From positions 16,430,001-16,494,000 of the forward strand of contig JAQFVV010000005.1 of the NCBI GenBank assembly GCA_028023455.1: a DNA stretch of 64,000 bases. The letters are read 5' to 3'. Positions within the stretch are counted from its first letter, which is position 1, and each line of letters opens with the position of its first letter. This DNA is from Epiperipatus broadwayi (taxonomy: Eukaryota; Animalia; Onychophora). Positions 1-11,672 of this stretch are shown in pieces. The notes beneath the pieces are model-generated. The model was given only the letters and a program-made list of their open reading frames with translations, was not told the origin of the DNA and searched no databases. The position numbers and the translations under genes were made by a program.

Positions 1-398
1 CACAATGAACAAGTTGCCAAGCACTTTCAGTACAGTATACCAAAGTCATGGTGACATATTGGAACTGAACAGTTAATATTAACACGATTACAACAGCAGT
101 TTTATCAGTATAAAAAGTCTAAAAGTGATTTGCAGATTAATTCTGATTTTTCAAGTCATGAAAATAGTTGTAGTCAGGAGTTTTATCCTCAAAATATTAC
201 TACTGTGTGAAATGAATCAAATGATAGAAAGAGGAAGTTGAAAAAGGCTTGGTTTATTGTGAAATCTAAAAACGTTATCAATCAGTATAACACTAGTGTT
301 CCACTGAGCATGCACTGGAATATTAACCATTTAGTTCCAATATGTCATCATAATTCTGATATACTGTACCAAAAGCTCTTGGAAAATTGTTCATTGTG
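1..398. repeat. Fold-back/MITE-like element with about 80-bp inverted arms (1-80 and 319-398); left arm may be cut by the window edge
   Basis: 1-80 (cacaatgaacaagttgccaag...ggaactgaacagttaatatt) aligns at roughly 80% to the reverse complement of 319-398 (aatattaaccatttagttcc...ggaaaattgttcattgtg). Confidence 0.75.
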
Positions 399-842
399 AT
401 TAATATTTTTTGCTCTGTTTATATGACAGAGTTTTTTGTATTATTTATGATGATGACGATTATTATTATTATCATCATCATTATCTCCATTATTATGTTT
501 AGTTTGTATATTTATAGTTTCAAGCTATTCTGATTCTTAAAATTGTCAAATACAACATTTTTTAAATTTGATATAATAAAAAATTATAGGAAAACTATCA
601 TTCACATAAATGACCTATGACTTAAGTTTAAAGTTATTTTCCTCCTTTATTTGAAGAACAGGTAAAAAAAAAATAATAATCGCGTAATGATACGATGAAA
701 AAAAACTGAAAATATTAAAATTTCCATTTAGCAATCAAAAAAAAAAAATATTGACCGAGATGTACTTGAAAGATTTTGTAATCTGCTGCAATAATTTTTG
801 GGGTTCTATTTTATTCTAAAAATAACATATTCAAAGTAATGA

Positions 843-922
843 TTTTTTTTTTTTTTCATATGTCATAGCATCGGCCGGGACGCGAACCCACAACCGTCTG
901 CAACCAACTACTTGCTTGCATG
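843..922 (-). mobile_element. 5'-truncated tRNA-derived SINE
   Basis: Minus strand reads ...gtgggttcgcgtcccggccgatgctatgaca followed by a poly-A tail. B-box GGTTCGCGTCC; same 3' trailer as the copies at 17.0, 24.2 and 58.5 kb. Confidence 0.75.
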
Positions 923-1751
923 ATATGCCTTACAAAGATTTTGTTCTACTCATAAAAAGATAGCCAAAGTGTTAATCGTAATTTTCCCCAAATCTTGTTA
1001 TGGAAATTACCGCACATGCAATTCTGTTATTAAATGAATTGTTGAATAATAAAAATGACGTCTCAGATTATTTATATATAGTCCTTAAGCTTTTATAATC
1101 ACTGAAAGATTTTATCCATATTTTTGCATCATTTCAGTGTAAATAGAATCATCGGCCAATATTTTATAAAGGAATTTTGCTTTATGCCAACTTTTAAAAA
1201 ATTTGAAAATGCTTTAATATAAAAATGAATGCCTAGACTAGAAAGTGTGTGTGTGTTGATTCTTCTATTTTTATTAAGAGTATTTTCTTTTTGATTTTCA
1301 CTGAGGAATATTGTTAAATAATAATCATAGCCTTAGTTTGATATTTAAAGGTATAAATACTATTTTTTTTTATATATATTTTTAAATTTTGGAAATTATA
1401 ATGCTTATTTATATACAACTGTTAATGAAAACATCCGCAGGAAAAATAGTTTTTAAATATTCAGCTTTATTTCTGCCTAGCATGCTTTCGATATAATATA
1501 TATTGTAACCTCCAATAAAGAAAAATGCATATAAAATAATATTATCTTGAAACACAAGAGAGGAGGAGACCTCCTGAAACCTCCAATAATCATCATATGC
1601 ACATGAGTATAATGTTAGAGTGCAAAATAAAATATTAGAAAAAGACTTGGCTAGCATGAGCATGAATAAACATAAGTAAAGGTCACAAGACACTACTGAT
1701 TCTATAATGTTAGGGAGAGGTCACAAAGTATCCCACTATCAATCTTTATAC

Positions 1752-4321
1752 TGAAACAGTAAGATTCGTATTCGAATCTTAAGTTTCACCTTTTTCTGTC
1801 GTCTCTCACTGACCGGTCTATCCCGCCCAAATTTAAACTTTTTGGTATCGAATTGTGTGTGTAACAATATTAAAAATGTATAAATATATGTAGAATTCAG
1901 CATAAACACGCACACATTTCGATCTCAAATTAAAGGCAATAAATAGGGATAAAATAATATAATTTAGATTTCTTTTAGTTATATAATTTTGTATAATTTT
2001 AATCATTTATTTTGGATTATAAAGTTCGTATTTATTGCTTTGTTTAAATTTCGTTTAATAATAATTCTAAAAAAATCTGATGTAATATTTAATTAAAAGT
2101 TAAAATAATCTTATGTTTCCTTTTTGTCTTTGAAATTTAAAAGCATCGGTCAGTGATAGATAATAGATTAATTAAAGAAAAATTCCCCAAAATGTAATTA
2201 GTAAATGTAAAATGTAAACAATAGAACGGCAGCTTTCTTTAATTAAAAACCAACAAAATGCATTGATTATCCTCAGGGCAGATTAAGTAGAACCTAAAAA
2301 TATCTTAACAAAAATGTGAGAGATCAAGATAAGAAAAGAGGCCATCTTAGACTTGCTGGAGACATTCACTTAAACTTTAGCTTTGCTCTCGATCACTGAG
2401 AGTCTCCAAAAATATAAAAATAATTTGTTCCTGCCAAGGTATGACCGAGTAAAGCACCTAGATTATTCTCCATCGGGAGATGGCCTATCGGATGCCGAAC
2501 TTTCCATTGCCCATCATAAATTCACCATGAAGATCTGCTGCCTGAAATAAATGAAAAAGCTGCTGCTGCTGTGAAATTAAATGAAATATCTAAATACAAG
2601 AAAGAATTGCCACTCGTGAACTTTTTGCTGCTAAACTAATGGAATCAGAAAACTTCTTATAAAACAGGTACCTGTCTGTGTTCAAACTCTAGAGTACTCT
2701 AATAATATGCTATAGCTCTTCTTCATATTACTTATCTAAATTGTAAAATGTAAAAACTACCATTTGTATAACTAAATTGAATAATTAATGTAATGTGTAA
2801 ATGTATCTAATAATCTAGCTTACCTCACTCTATCTTTCTTGGGTGCGTATTTCTATAATCTACATTTCTATCTATAGTTATTATTTAATTATTGCATGCT
2901 CATAATTATCTCAATTTTCAAAGTTTAAATCTATGATCGCTTAAAACAATGAATGCGTGTCAAAATTTCATTAATATTTACTTTCCTAAATAACTTAACT
3001 TTCATATAAATCGACACGCATTCAATGCTTCATTTATTGTAATGCAGGGGTCTACAACTTCGCAAATGGCTGGCATATTAGTTGTAATCATTCCCAGTTT
3101 AGATATGTTTTGTATATATTAAATCTTAATGAATAATTCCATCAAATTACATTTCTTTGAGAGTCGCCAACGTTCTTTAGTAAATGTTGATAATGTAGGG
3201 CCGAGTTAGAAATCTATTTAAATCTCATCATAATCGTTTATACATTATACATGTGTTACGTTTTAGAGATGCGATGACCCATTCCACCGTGAAATTTCCG
3301 GATTCTTCAGGGTTGAAATTAACCCCAGTCGTCCTACACAAGCGGGCATAATGGGTGCTCCTGTAGGATTTGACAATGTCATGCAGCCAGCCGGCAAATT
3401 GCGACACGGACCGCTTGTCCCTGGTTATGCTTATGTGACACCTTACTTCGTCGGGCCGAGGCAGAGACCAGCCCGACAGTCTTATAAACTCATTCGTGGC
3501 ATTGCAGTTTCAATATACTGCCATTCCATATCGCCTTTCTAAAGCGTACCACGTGTTCCTTTACTTAATTTTATTATTCTATATATCACTCCGCCTCTGC
3601 ATTATCTTCATAATTCACTCTCAAATAAATGTTTGCCCTTAGTCATACAAATAAATATTTTAATTAAATAAATATATGTCCTGCCATTACTCTTATAACC
3701 CTACTTTAGACTCTTGCATTGCAAAGGTATAAATCCCTCAAGGCATGCATTAGAAATACTTACTCGAGAATTTTAGGTAGCTAGATTACGCCTTCAAATA
3801 AATGAATTCCTTTTGTAAACAATTGAAAAATCTCCCACTAAAGTCCCCAATATAAAATAATTCTAAATAAATAAATGTATTCTTTAAAATATAATCATGT
3901 TGCAAATCCCGCTACTGAAGCTTTTAATCCATAAAATATTATTAGTAAATGATCTTATTAAAATGTGTTAATAAATAATTTTAAACTATACGTCTGCAGT
4001 TACGTTTCATTTATTCGATACCCATTCTATATAATATTTCCTCGATTATGTAAATATGAATGTTTAATTAATATTAGTTTGATTATTGGCTAACTCGAGA
4101 ATAAAATCATGAATCTCTTGCATATCCCTGACCACCGTGCCTAAGGAAATATTTACTAATGTCGCATCAGATGCGTTGTTTCGTGGATTGTATTGTGGAA
4201 CCGATAAACTATGTTCGAACTCAGTACCATGGGTGGCTTCGCTACTCGATGGTGCTGCTGTTCTGTATGGTGGTCGAATTCTGCACTATGTTTACGAGTC
4301 ACACGTTTTCTGACTGTTACA
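1752..4321 (+). repeat. 5' LTR (2570 bp)
   Basis: Direct repeat of 6324-8845; begins tgaaacagt, ends actgttaca. Confidence 0.95.
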
Positions 4322-4345
4322 TAGTTAAATTTTTTTTTTAGCATT

Positions 4346-4367
4346 TGGCGCTTTCCAACGTGGAGCT
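4346..4367 (+). promoter_or_regulatory. Primer-binding-site-like motif, tRNA-Lys(CUU)-like
   Basis: tggcgctttccaacgtggagct resembles the Lys1,2 PBS TGGCGCCCAACGTGGGGCT with a 3-nt insertion and one mismatch. Lies 24 nt after the LTR end. Confidence 0.65.
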
Positions 4368-4988
4368 TTCGATACAAAAAACCCATATATACCCTGAGCA
4401 AAATATAATGCATATAAATTTCTTTTAGCGTTCGTTACTCGAGTTAGCTAATTATTCTATATATATACGATTTTGTTTTGATAAAAATAATGAAAAAAAA
4501 TAATAAATCGAGTGAAATAATGTGGGTCGAGTGAATGAAAGGACAGCAGGCGTAATAACAAATTTAAGGAAAGCAGGGATGTGTGTGTAAGTTAAGAAGG
4601 AACGAAAATACTCGGATCTAATGAAATATTTTATATATATATATGTCAAAAAAAAAGTAATCAGTCGTTAAATGAGAAAGCAAGTAGCATTGAATTTTTT
4701 TATTAAAACACCGTTATATATATAGCATAGACAGCAGAAGCTTGTTATATATGTTAATAGTAAATATTTTGTTAAAGTACAAATATATATATCATAGACA
4801 GCAGTAGCTTATTATACGCGTAACCAGTAGTTCGCTATAATATATATGTTAAATATGTTAAACGCAGCAATATAGAGATAGGGCAATGTAGAGTAGGTGA
4901 GGGCAGCGAAAGAGTGTTATAGGGCCAATATACCGGTGGGGAGTAGTCAAATGCTAGTAGTATAAAATAAATAAATCATATTAAGAAA

Positions 4989-5858
4989 ATGGAATCAGAA
5001 AATATTGATATACAGCAAGAAGATTTATCTGAAGCTTTGGAGTCGACACCCGAGCGAAGGGAAGCTCCGCAACAATACAGAGGATCAATGGACTTTAATT
5101 TCAAGTTCATTGAGGAAATACTCAGACAGAATATGCAAGAAATGAAGAAAATGTATGAGGAGGAAATGAGAAAAAGAAGAGATGAAGAATCAAAACAGAG
5201 ACAAGAAGAAGAAAAGATAAGAGTGAGAGAATATCAGGAATTTAAAGACATTATGTGGAGAGAGTTAGAAGCCATAAAGGAACATTTTGGAATATCCCCA
5301 GCTAGTAAAAAGGAAGAAGAAATTAAAGATATGGAAAAGGAAAGGGAATTAGAAATACTTGACAAACCTATGATAGTAGATGAGCAAATAGACCTTATTC
5401 CAATAGATGAAGGCCCACAAGAACCGTTGAGTGAAAGCAGTAAAAAAAAGATGAAGATGGACACTGGCATAACACCAACACGTTTGCATTTTGGTAAAGC
5501 GGACTCATTACTGATCAAGACGCCATTACCCATGGATGAACGTGAAATCAATATTGAAACTGACAGATGCAAGGCACACCGCCGCCTTACAGAAAGTGCA
5601 GAACGGAAATTACGAGCAGATCGGAGAAGCCAACATTTCCAGGTCGGGAACTATGTTTGGGTACGGAACTCTCAACAAAGTAACCGAGATAAAAGAATAT
5701 ATAAAAAGTTCTTTCCTTTGTACCGGGGACCCTTTATAATTGATCGCACATGTGGCCCAAATGCATATTTATTAAAAGATGGAGATACCATAAAAGGGAC
5801 ATACAATGCCCGTAATCTCAAACCATGTAGGTATTATCCACCTGACCCGGGGTTGTAA
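4989..5858 (+). CDS. 289-aa chimeric retrotransposon protein: acidic/coiled-coil Gag-like N-terminus fused to the integrase C-terminal region (GPY/F, SH3-like)
   Basis: Uninterrupted ORF. N-terminal E/K/R-rich helical stretch; from about residue 157, DTGITPTRLHFG (post-catalytic integrase motif), FQVGNYVWVRN, KFFPLYRGPFII and GPNAYLL...YNARNLKP match Gypsy integrase C-termini. The Gag assignment rests on position and composition only. Confidence 0.75.
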   Translation: MESENIDIQQEDLSEALESTPERREAPQQYRGSMDFNFKFIEEILRQNMQEMKKMYEEEMRKRRDEESKQRQEEEKIRVREYQEFKDIMWRELEAIKEHFGISPASKKEEEIKDMEKERELEILDKPMIVDEQIDLIPIDEGPQEPLSESSKKKMKMDTGITPTRLHFGKADSLLIKTPLPMDEREINIETDRCKAHRRLTESAERKLRADRRSQHFQVGNYVWVRNSQQSNRDKRIYKKFFPLYRGPFIIDRTCGPNAYLLKDGDTIKGTYNARNLKPCRYYPPDPGL

Positions 5859-6307
5859 AAATATTAGACTCTTAGGACGGATTAAACGTATATGAGAATA
5901 TTAAAATGAACTTGATATAATGAACTTGGTTGAATGGATTGTACTTTAGTCAAATAGGGTTTTAGATAGAAATTTTATTATATATATTATTGTTTTAATT
6001 ACTATTACTCTTAAAAAATTTTTTTTTATATTATACTAACTAATCCTATTCTAAGAATTTTTTATATATATACATTCAGTTTAACTAATTATTACTATGA
6101 TTTTAACCAGACACGGCCAAATTAGGCCATTTTAATTAAACTATAAATTCTAGATCCGGGTATATAAATTGTTCGTTGCTTCATGTAATCTCTGCTTTCT
6201 ATATTTCAATATATCTGTAAAAACAATAATAATGTTTTCGTCTTTAAATTATGTAATGTAAATTTTTTTCTCTTTCTTGCCTCCTTTGTTTTTCCTTAAT
6301 TGTTCAC

Positions 6308-6323
6308 GGGAAGTACGGGGAAA
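6308..6323 (+). promoter_or_regulatory. Polypurine tract
   Basis: gggaagtacggggaaa immediately before the TG of the 3' LTR. Confidence 0.7.
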
Positions 6324-8845
6324 TGAAACAGTAAGATTCGTATTCGAATCTTAAGTTTCACCTTTTTCTGTCGTCTCTCACTGACCGGTCTATCCCGCCC
6401 AAATTTAAACTTTTTGGTATCGAATTGTGTGTGTAGCAATATTAAAAATGTATAAATATATGTAGAATTCAGCATAAACACGCACACATTTCGATCTCAA
6501 ATTAAAGGCAATAAATAGGGATAAAATAATATAATTTAGATTTCTTTTAGTTATATAATTTTGTATAATTTTAATCATTTATTTTGGATTATAAAGTTCG
6601 TATTTATTGCTTTGTTTAAATTTCGTTTAATAATAATTCTAAAAAAATCTGATGTAATATTTAATTAAAAGTTAAAATAATCTTATGTTTCCTTTTTGTC
6701 TTTGAAATTTAAAAGCATCGGTCAGTGATAGATAATAGATTAATTAAAGAAAAATTCCCCAAAATGTAATTAGTAAATGTAAAATGTAAACAATAGAACG
6801 GCAGCTTTCTTTAATTAAAAACCAACAAAATGCATTGATTATCCTCAGGGCAGATTAAGTAGAACCTAAAAATATCTTAACAAAAATGTGAGAGATCAAG
6901 ATAAGAAAAGAGGCCATCTTAGACTTGCTGGAGACATTCACTTAAACTTTAGCTTTGCTCTCGATCACTGAGAGTCTCCAAAAATATAAAAATAATTTGT
7001 TCCTGCCAAGGTATGACCGAGTAAAGCACCTAGATTATTCTCCATCGGGAGATGGCCTATCGGATGCCGAACTTTCCATTGCCCATCATAAATTCACCAT
7101 GAAGATCTGCTGCCTGAAATAAATGAAAAAGCTGCTGCTGCTGTGAAATTAAATGAAATATCTAAATACAAGAAAGACTTGCCACTCGTGAACTTTTTGC
7201 TGCTAAACTAATGGAATCAGAAAACTTCTTATAAAACAGGTACCTGTCTGTGTTCAAACTCTAGAGTACTCTAATAACATGCTATAGCTCTTCTTCATAT
7301 TACTTATCTAAATTGTAAAATGTAAAAACTACCATTTGTATAACTAAATTGAATAATTAATGTAATGTGTAAATGTATCTAATAATCTAGCTTACCTCAC
7401 TCTATCTTTCTTGGGTGCGTATTTCTATAATCTACATTTCTATCTATAGTTATTATTTAATTATTGCATGCTCATAATTATCTCAATTTTCAAAGTTTAA
7501 ATCTATGATCGCTTAAAACAATGAATGCGTGTCAAAATTTCATTAATATTTACTTTCCTAAATAACTTAACTTTCATATAAATCGACACGCATTCAATGC
7601 TTCATTTATTGTAATGCAGGGGTCTACAACTTCGCAAATGGCTGGCATATTAGTTGTAATCATTCCCAGTTTAGATATGTTTTGTATATATTAAATCTTA
7701 ATGAATAATTCCATCAAATTACATTTCTTTGAGAGTCGCCAACGTTCTTTAGTAAATGTTGATAATGTAGGGCCGAGTTAGAAATCTATTTAAATCTCAT
7801 CATAATCGTTTATACATTATACATGTGTTACATTTTAGAGACGCGATGACCTATTCCGCCGTGAAATTTCCGGATTCTTCAGGGTTGAAATTAACCCCAG
7901 TCGTCCTACACAAGCGGGCATAATGGGTGCTCCCGTAGGATTTGACAATGTCATGCAGCCAGCCGGCAAATTGCGACACATACCGCTTGTCCCTGGTTAT
8001 GCTTATGTGACACCTTACTTCATCGGGCCGAGGCAGAGACCAGCCCGACAGTTTTATAAACTCATTCGCGGCATTGCAGTTTCAATATACTGCCATTCCA
8101 TATCGCCTTTCTAAAGCGTACCACGTGTTCCTTTACTTAATTTTATTATTCTATATATCACTCCGCCTCTGCATTATCTTCATAATTCACTCTCAAATAA
8201 ATGTTTGCCCTTAGTTATAAATAAATATTTTAATTAAATAAATATATGTCTGCCGTTACTCTTATAACCCATACTTTAGACTCTTGCATTGCAAAGGTAT
8301 AAATCCCTCCAGGCATGCATTAGAAATACTTACTCGAGAATTTTAGGTAGCTAGATTACGCCTTCAAATAAATAATTCCTTTTGTAAACAAATAAATAAT
8401 GTATTCTTTAAAATATAATCATGTTGCAAATCCCGCTACTGAAGCTGTTAGTCCATAAAATATTATTAGTAAATGATCTTCTTAAAATGTGTTAATAAAT
8501 AATTTTAAACTATACGTCTGCAGTTACGTTTCATTTATTCGATACCCATTCTATATAATATTTCCTCGATTATGTAAATATGAATGTTTAATTAATATTA
8601 GTTTGATTATTGGCTAACTCGAGAATAAAATCATGAATCTCTTGCATATCCCTGACCACCGTGCCTAAGGAAATATTTACTAATGTCGCATCAGATGCGT
8701 TGTTTCGTGGATTGCATTGTGGAACCGATAAACTATGTTCGAACTCAGTATTACGGGTGGCTTCGCTACTCGATGGTGCTGCTGTTCTGTATGGTGGTCG
8801 AATTCTGCATTATGTTTACGAGTCACACATTTTCTGATTGTTACA
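6324..8845 (+). repeat. 3' LTR (2522 bp)
   Basis: Copy of 1752-4321 with a deletion of about 45 bp (near 8390) and scattered substitutions. Confidence 0.95.
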
Positions 8846-8887
8846 ATACTACATTATGTATCAGCCTTTCACCTCCTATAGCTAATA

Positions 8888-9095
8888 AATATTACCAAAA
8901 TCACACTTTTCTTTATTTTGCTGTAATATCCTATAAATATAATTTATCCAAACCACTTTGAACACTTTTTAGCAAAACTCTTCATTTTTACTAGATCTGA
9001 AGAAGACTGCAGGACAGTCAAAACATAGGTGTATACATATATGTATGAATAAAGAGTTTTGCTAAAAATTGTTTGAAGCAGTTTGGATAAATTGT
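8888..9095 (+). mobile_element. Short palindromic insertion with a hammerhead-like motif (Penelope-like 3' end/pseudo-LTR derivative)
   Basis: 14-bp TSD tcctatagctaata (8874-8887, 9096-9109); inverted arms; CTGAAGA-A-GACTG/CAGGA/CAGTC-[A]AAAC at 8997-9024; downstream AATAAA. Homologous to 24242-24520. Confidence 0.7.
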
Positions 9096-11159
9096 TCCTA
9101 TAGCTAATATTCAAAATTGATTAAATTAACTTCAAGATCCAAAGTAAAAATATTACAAGATAAATTTAGTTTGCAATTTTAAATAGTTAATGATCAGGAA
9201 AGCATCCATATATAAAATGAATCTGCAGTTAGTATTGTGAGTTAGATGATGAATGGATTAAGATGTAGACAATTAAATAGGTAATGAAATCAGAACAGAA
9301 ATTAACTAGTGAAAATGAATGAACATAAGAGTGAGGAGAAGAAAAGGGAAATGTGTTAAGGTGATGAATAATTAAGATGATGATAGAATAAGAGGTAATG
9401 ATTGATGAACCAATTATGATAATGATTTAAGATGAAATGGAGATGAAATAAAAGAAAGAAAAATATGAATGAACTATGATAAAAATATTGATGATGAAGA
9501 ATGAATCCTGAATTGCAAAACTATAATTGTGTCAAACAACAGCAAGACAATAATGAAATAAAGGCAAGGAGTTTTAATCTTGACTAAAACAATATTTAAC
9601 AACTAAATTAGAATGGGTTGTGAGTTTTAAACTAGAAAAGAAACTTACATCTTAAAATTACACAGAATCAATTAAACAAAAAGAATAAACATAAGAGATC
9701 AAGGCAAAGCATAGTAAATAACTTAAGAAATGAAAAATTACAATAGATTCAAAATTGAGACTATTAGTTAATAATTTACTTTTCTCAGGGTTCAATAGAA
9801 AAATATATTGAAAGATATATTTGGATCAGTGAGAGGGATTTTGCCACTACCCAAATATAACAAGCAAAGACTGCTCATAAAACAAAATGGAATTAATAAA
9901 GAACATTTGACAATTCCAATACTAACAATAAAATGAACTTTAAATTTTATGAGGTATTAATAAATCCTTAATAAAGTAAATATAATAATTTACAGACTAT
10001 CTTTTATTTAACTACCATGGACAATATGATCAAGATCAGTGAATAATGTATCTAATGATTTAGATAAGCAGGTTATTCCAAAATTGAATATTTAATCTTT
10101 AAAACATTATTTAAAAATAACACATGCACTTAAGATCAATAGTGTTTTGATCAATAAACGATAAAACTTTATATGCTCTAAACATAAGAGCTTAACAAAT
10201 TCTTGATATGCCAATGCATAATAAAATCTATAATATAACTGATGATGATATTTATGACAACAATAAAAATAATATATTGATGGCACTAGTAATAACAGTA
10301 TGATAGTGTATAGCAATAAGGCCACAGACAATTAAATATATTTTCAAACAAAATTTATTTACAAGTTGTAAAATACTAATAACAACAAAGACACATGTAC
10401 AATCTTGAACAATTGTGAACAGAAATTTTAATAGAAAAAGATTTTATACTATCATTATATTGCTAAGGTAGGATCTCTTAGGATCTATTTACCATTTTAA
10501 TAGATTATTATCTTTGATTAATGATTGTTTAAGTCTATTACTTACTTTGAGTTTATTTTGACTTTATATTTTATCTATTTATTAAACATGGCTTTAGGGT
10601 CTTATTTACTTCAAATAGACACAGGCAATATATTTCAAAATTACTATTCAATAGTTAATAAGCCATCAATATTATTATACAAGATAACACAATGGATATA
10701 CTTAAGATGTAATGATTTATGCTACATATGTTACTAAAAACTATTGACTTCTTATTTTAATCCATTTATTTAGGTTAATAAACAGCCAACACTGCTTTAA
10801 GATGTAATACTATTATTATTCTACCTTTCAATTATTAATTTTATATTACATGACTCTTTTAAGATTAAGGAAAAATATTACATTCTAAACAAATTGGGTA
10901 TAAATGATAAATAATATAGATTAGTGAAATACATGGGATCATCTCAAATGGATAGGTGCTAAATAACAATCTACTATAAAATAACTTTTAGCTAATATTA
11001 TCTTTTCTCATTGTTTGTCTCAATTTCAAATAATATATTTCAGAAACAATTCTGTTATTATCAATATGAAACCATTAAAATGTAGGAATATGGAACATAA
11101 TAAAACATATATTTCCAGAGATATAATAGAGTTGATCTAAGGCAAAAGAGCACAAACAA

Positions 11160-11420
11160 CAACCTAGATCATGGTCGTTTCGTGACTGCAAATGGTCAGA
11201 AATCCCGGTGTCACTTTTGGATCACCTTTAGGGATATGAGAAAGAGGAAGGAGTGGTCAATCCCTATTTAATAACTATACCAATACACCATAAAAGTATG
11301 GCCTTAATCTGCTCAAAGATTTATGGGCATCATTCATGGTTCACCCATGATGATCATTTATGTCATTACTCAGGGTAAGGGAATAAGTACACCTGGCGTG
11401 ACGCAACATGGATCTACCAC
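11160..11420. repeat. Degenerate inverted-repeat (MITE-like) element
   Basis: ctagatcatggtcg...cccggtgtcactt loosely matches the reverse complement of aagtacacctggcgtgacgcaacatggatctac. GC-richer than its flanks. Confidence 0.35.
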
Positions 11421-11610
11421 ATATTCCAAATATTATACACTTAGCATTATAATCATTCAACATGATAACAGACAAATCTCATGCTAATATTATTTACCAT
11501 GAATATATTACTATTTGACACATAAAAATTTATAACTATCATTATCAATTCGAGAATGACCCCAATAACTGTAACTACCATCAGCCATTAATTAGTTAAG
11601 TATTACATAT

Positions 11611-11672
11611 ATCAAATGCCATGTTTAATACACTTAAATTAATCAAATACCATGTTTAATACACTTAAATTA
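11611..11672 (+). repeat. Tandem duplication, 2 x 31 bp
   Basis: atcaaat(g/a)ccatgtttaatacacttaaatta twice, one mismatch. Confidence 0.9.

Larger units (their letters stand above)
1752..8845 (+). mobile_element. Non-autonomous Ty3/Gypsy-type LTR retrotransposon (internal-deletion derivative), recent insertion
   Basis: Two near-identical 2.5-kb direct repeats, TG...CA with terminal inverted repeats (tgaaacagt/actgttaca). 4-bp TSD ATAC (1748-1751, 8846-8849). PBS-like and PPT-like motifs present. The 2.0-kb interior has one ORF lacking protease, RT, RNase H and the integrase DDE core. Confidence 0.92.

Noticed and set aside
1409-1693. 94-aa minus ORF, or a P-element transposase remnant (KRGG..LKP) on the plus strand
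   Set aside because: A single short motif with no supporting neighbours; cannot be distinguished from chance.
3351-3542. 63-aa ORF (and its copy at 7923-8114) as a gene
   Set aside because: It lies inside the LTR, is short and has no recognisable motif; duplication explains the recurrence.
4156-4413. Overlapping small ORFs at the LTR end (also 8683-8961)
   Set aside because: They run across LTR boundaries and differ between copies; most likely chance frames in U5.
5234-5572. 112-aa antisense ORF
   Set aside because: Shadow of the codon pattern of the plus-strand ORF (Ser/Ile/Leu-rich).
10450-11150. CR1-like RT remnant
   Set aside because: Motif resemblance is too faint to support a feature call.
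11310-11370. SECIS element for the candidate TGA exon
   Set aside because: The hairpin exists, but helix II is too short, the apical AA is misplaced, and it lies in a probable repeat.
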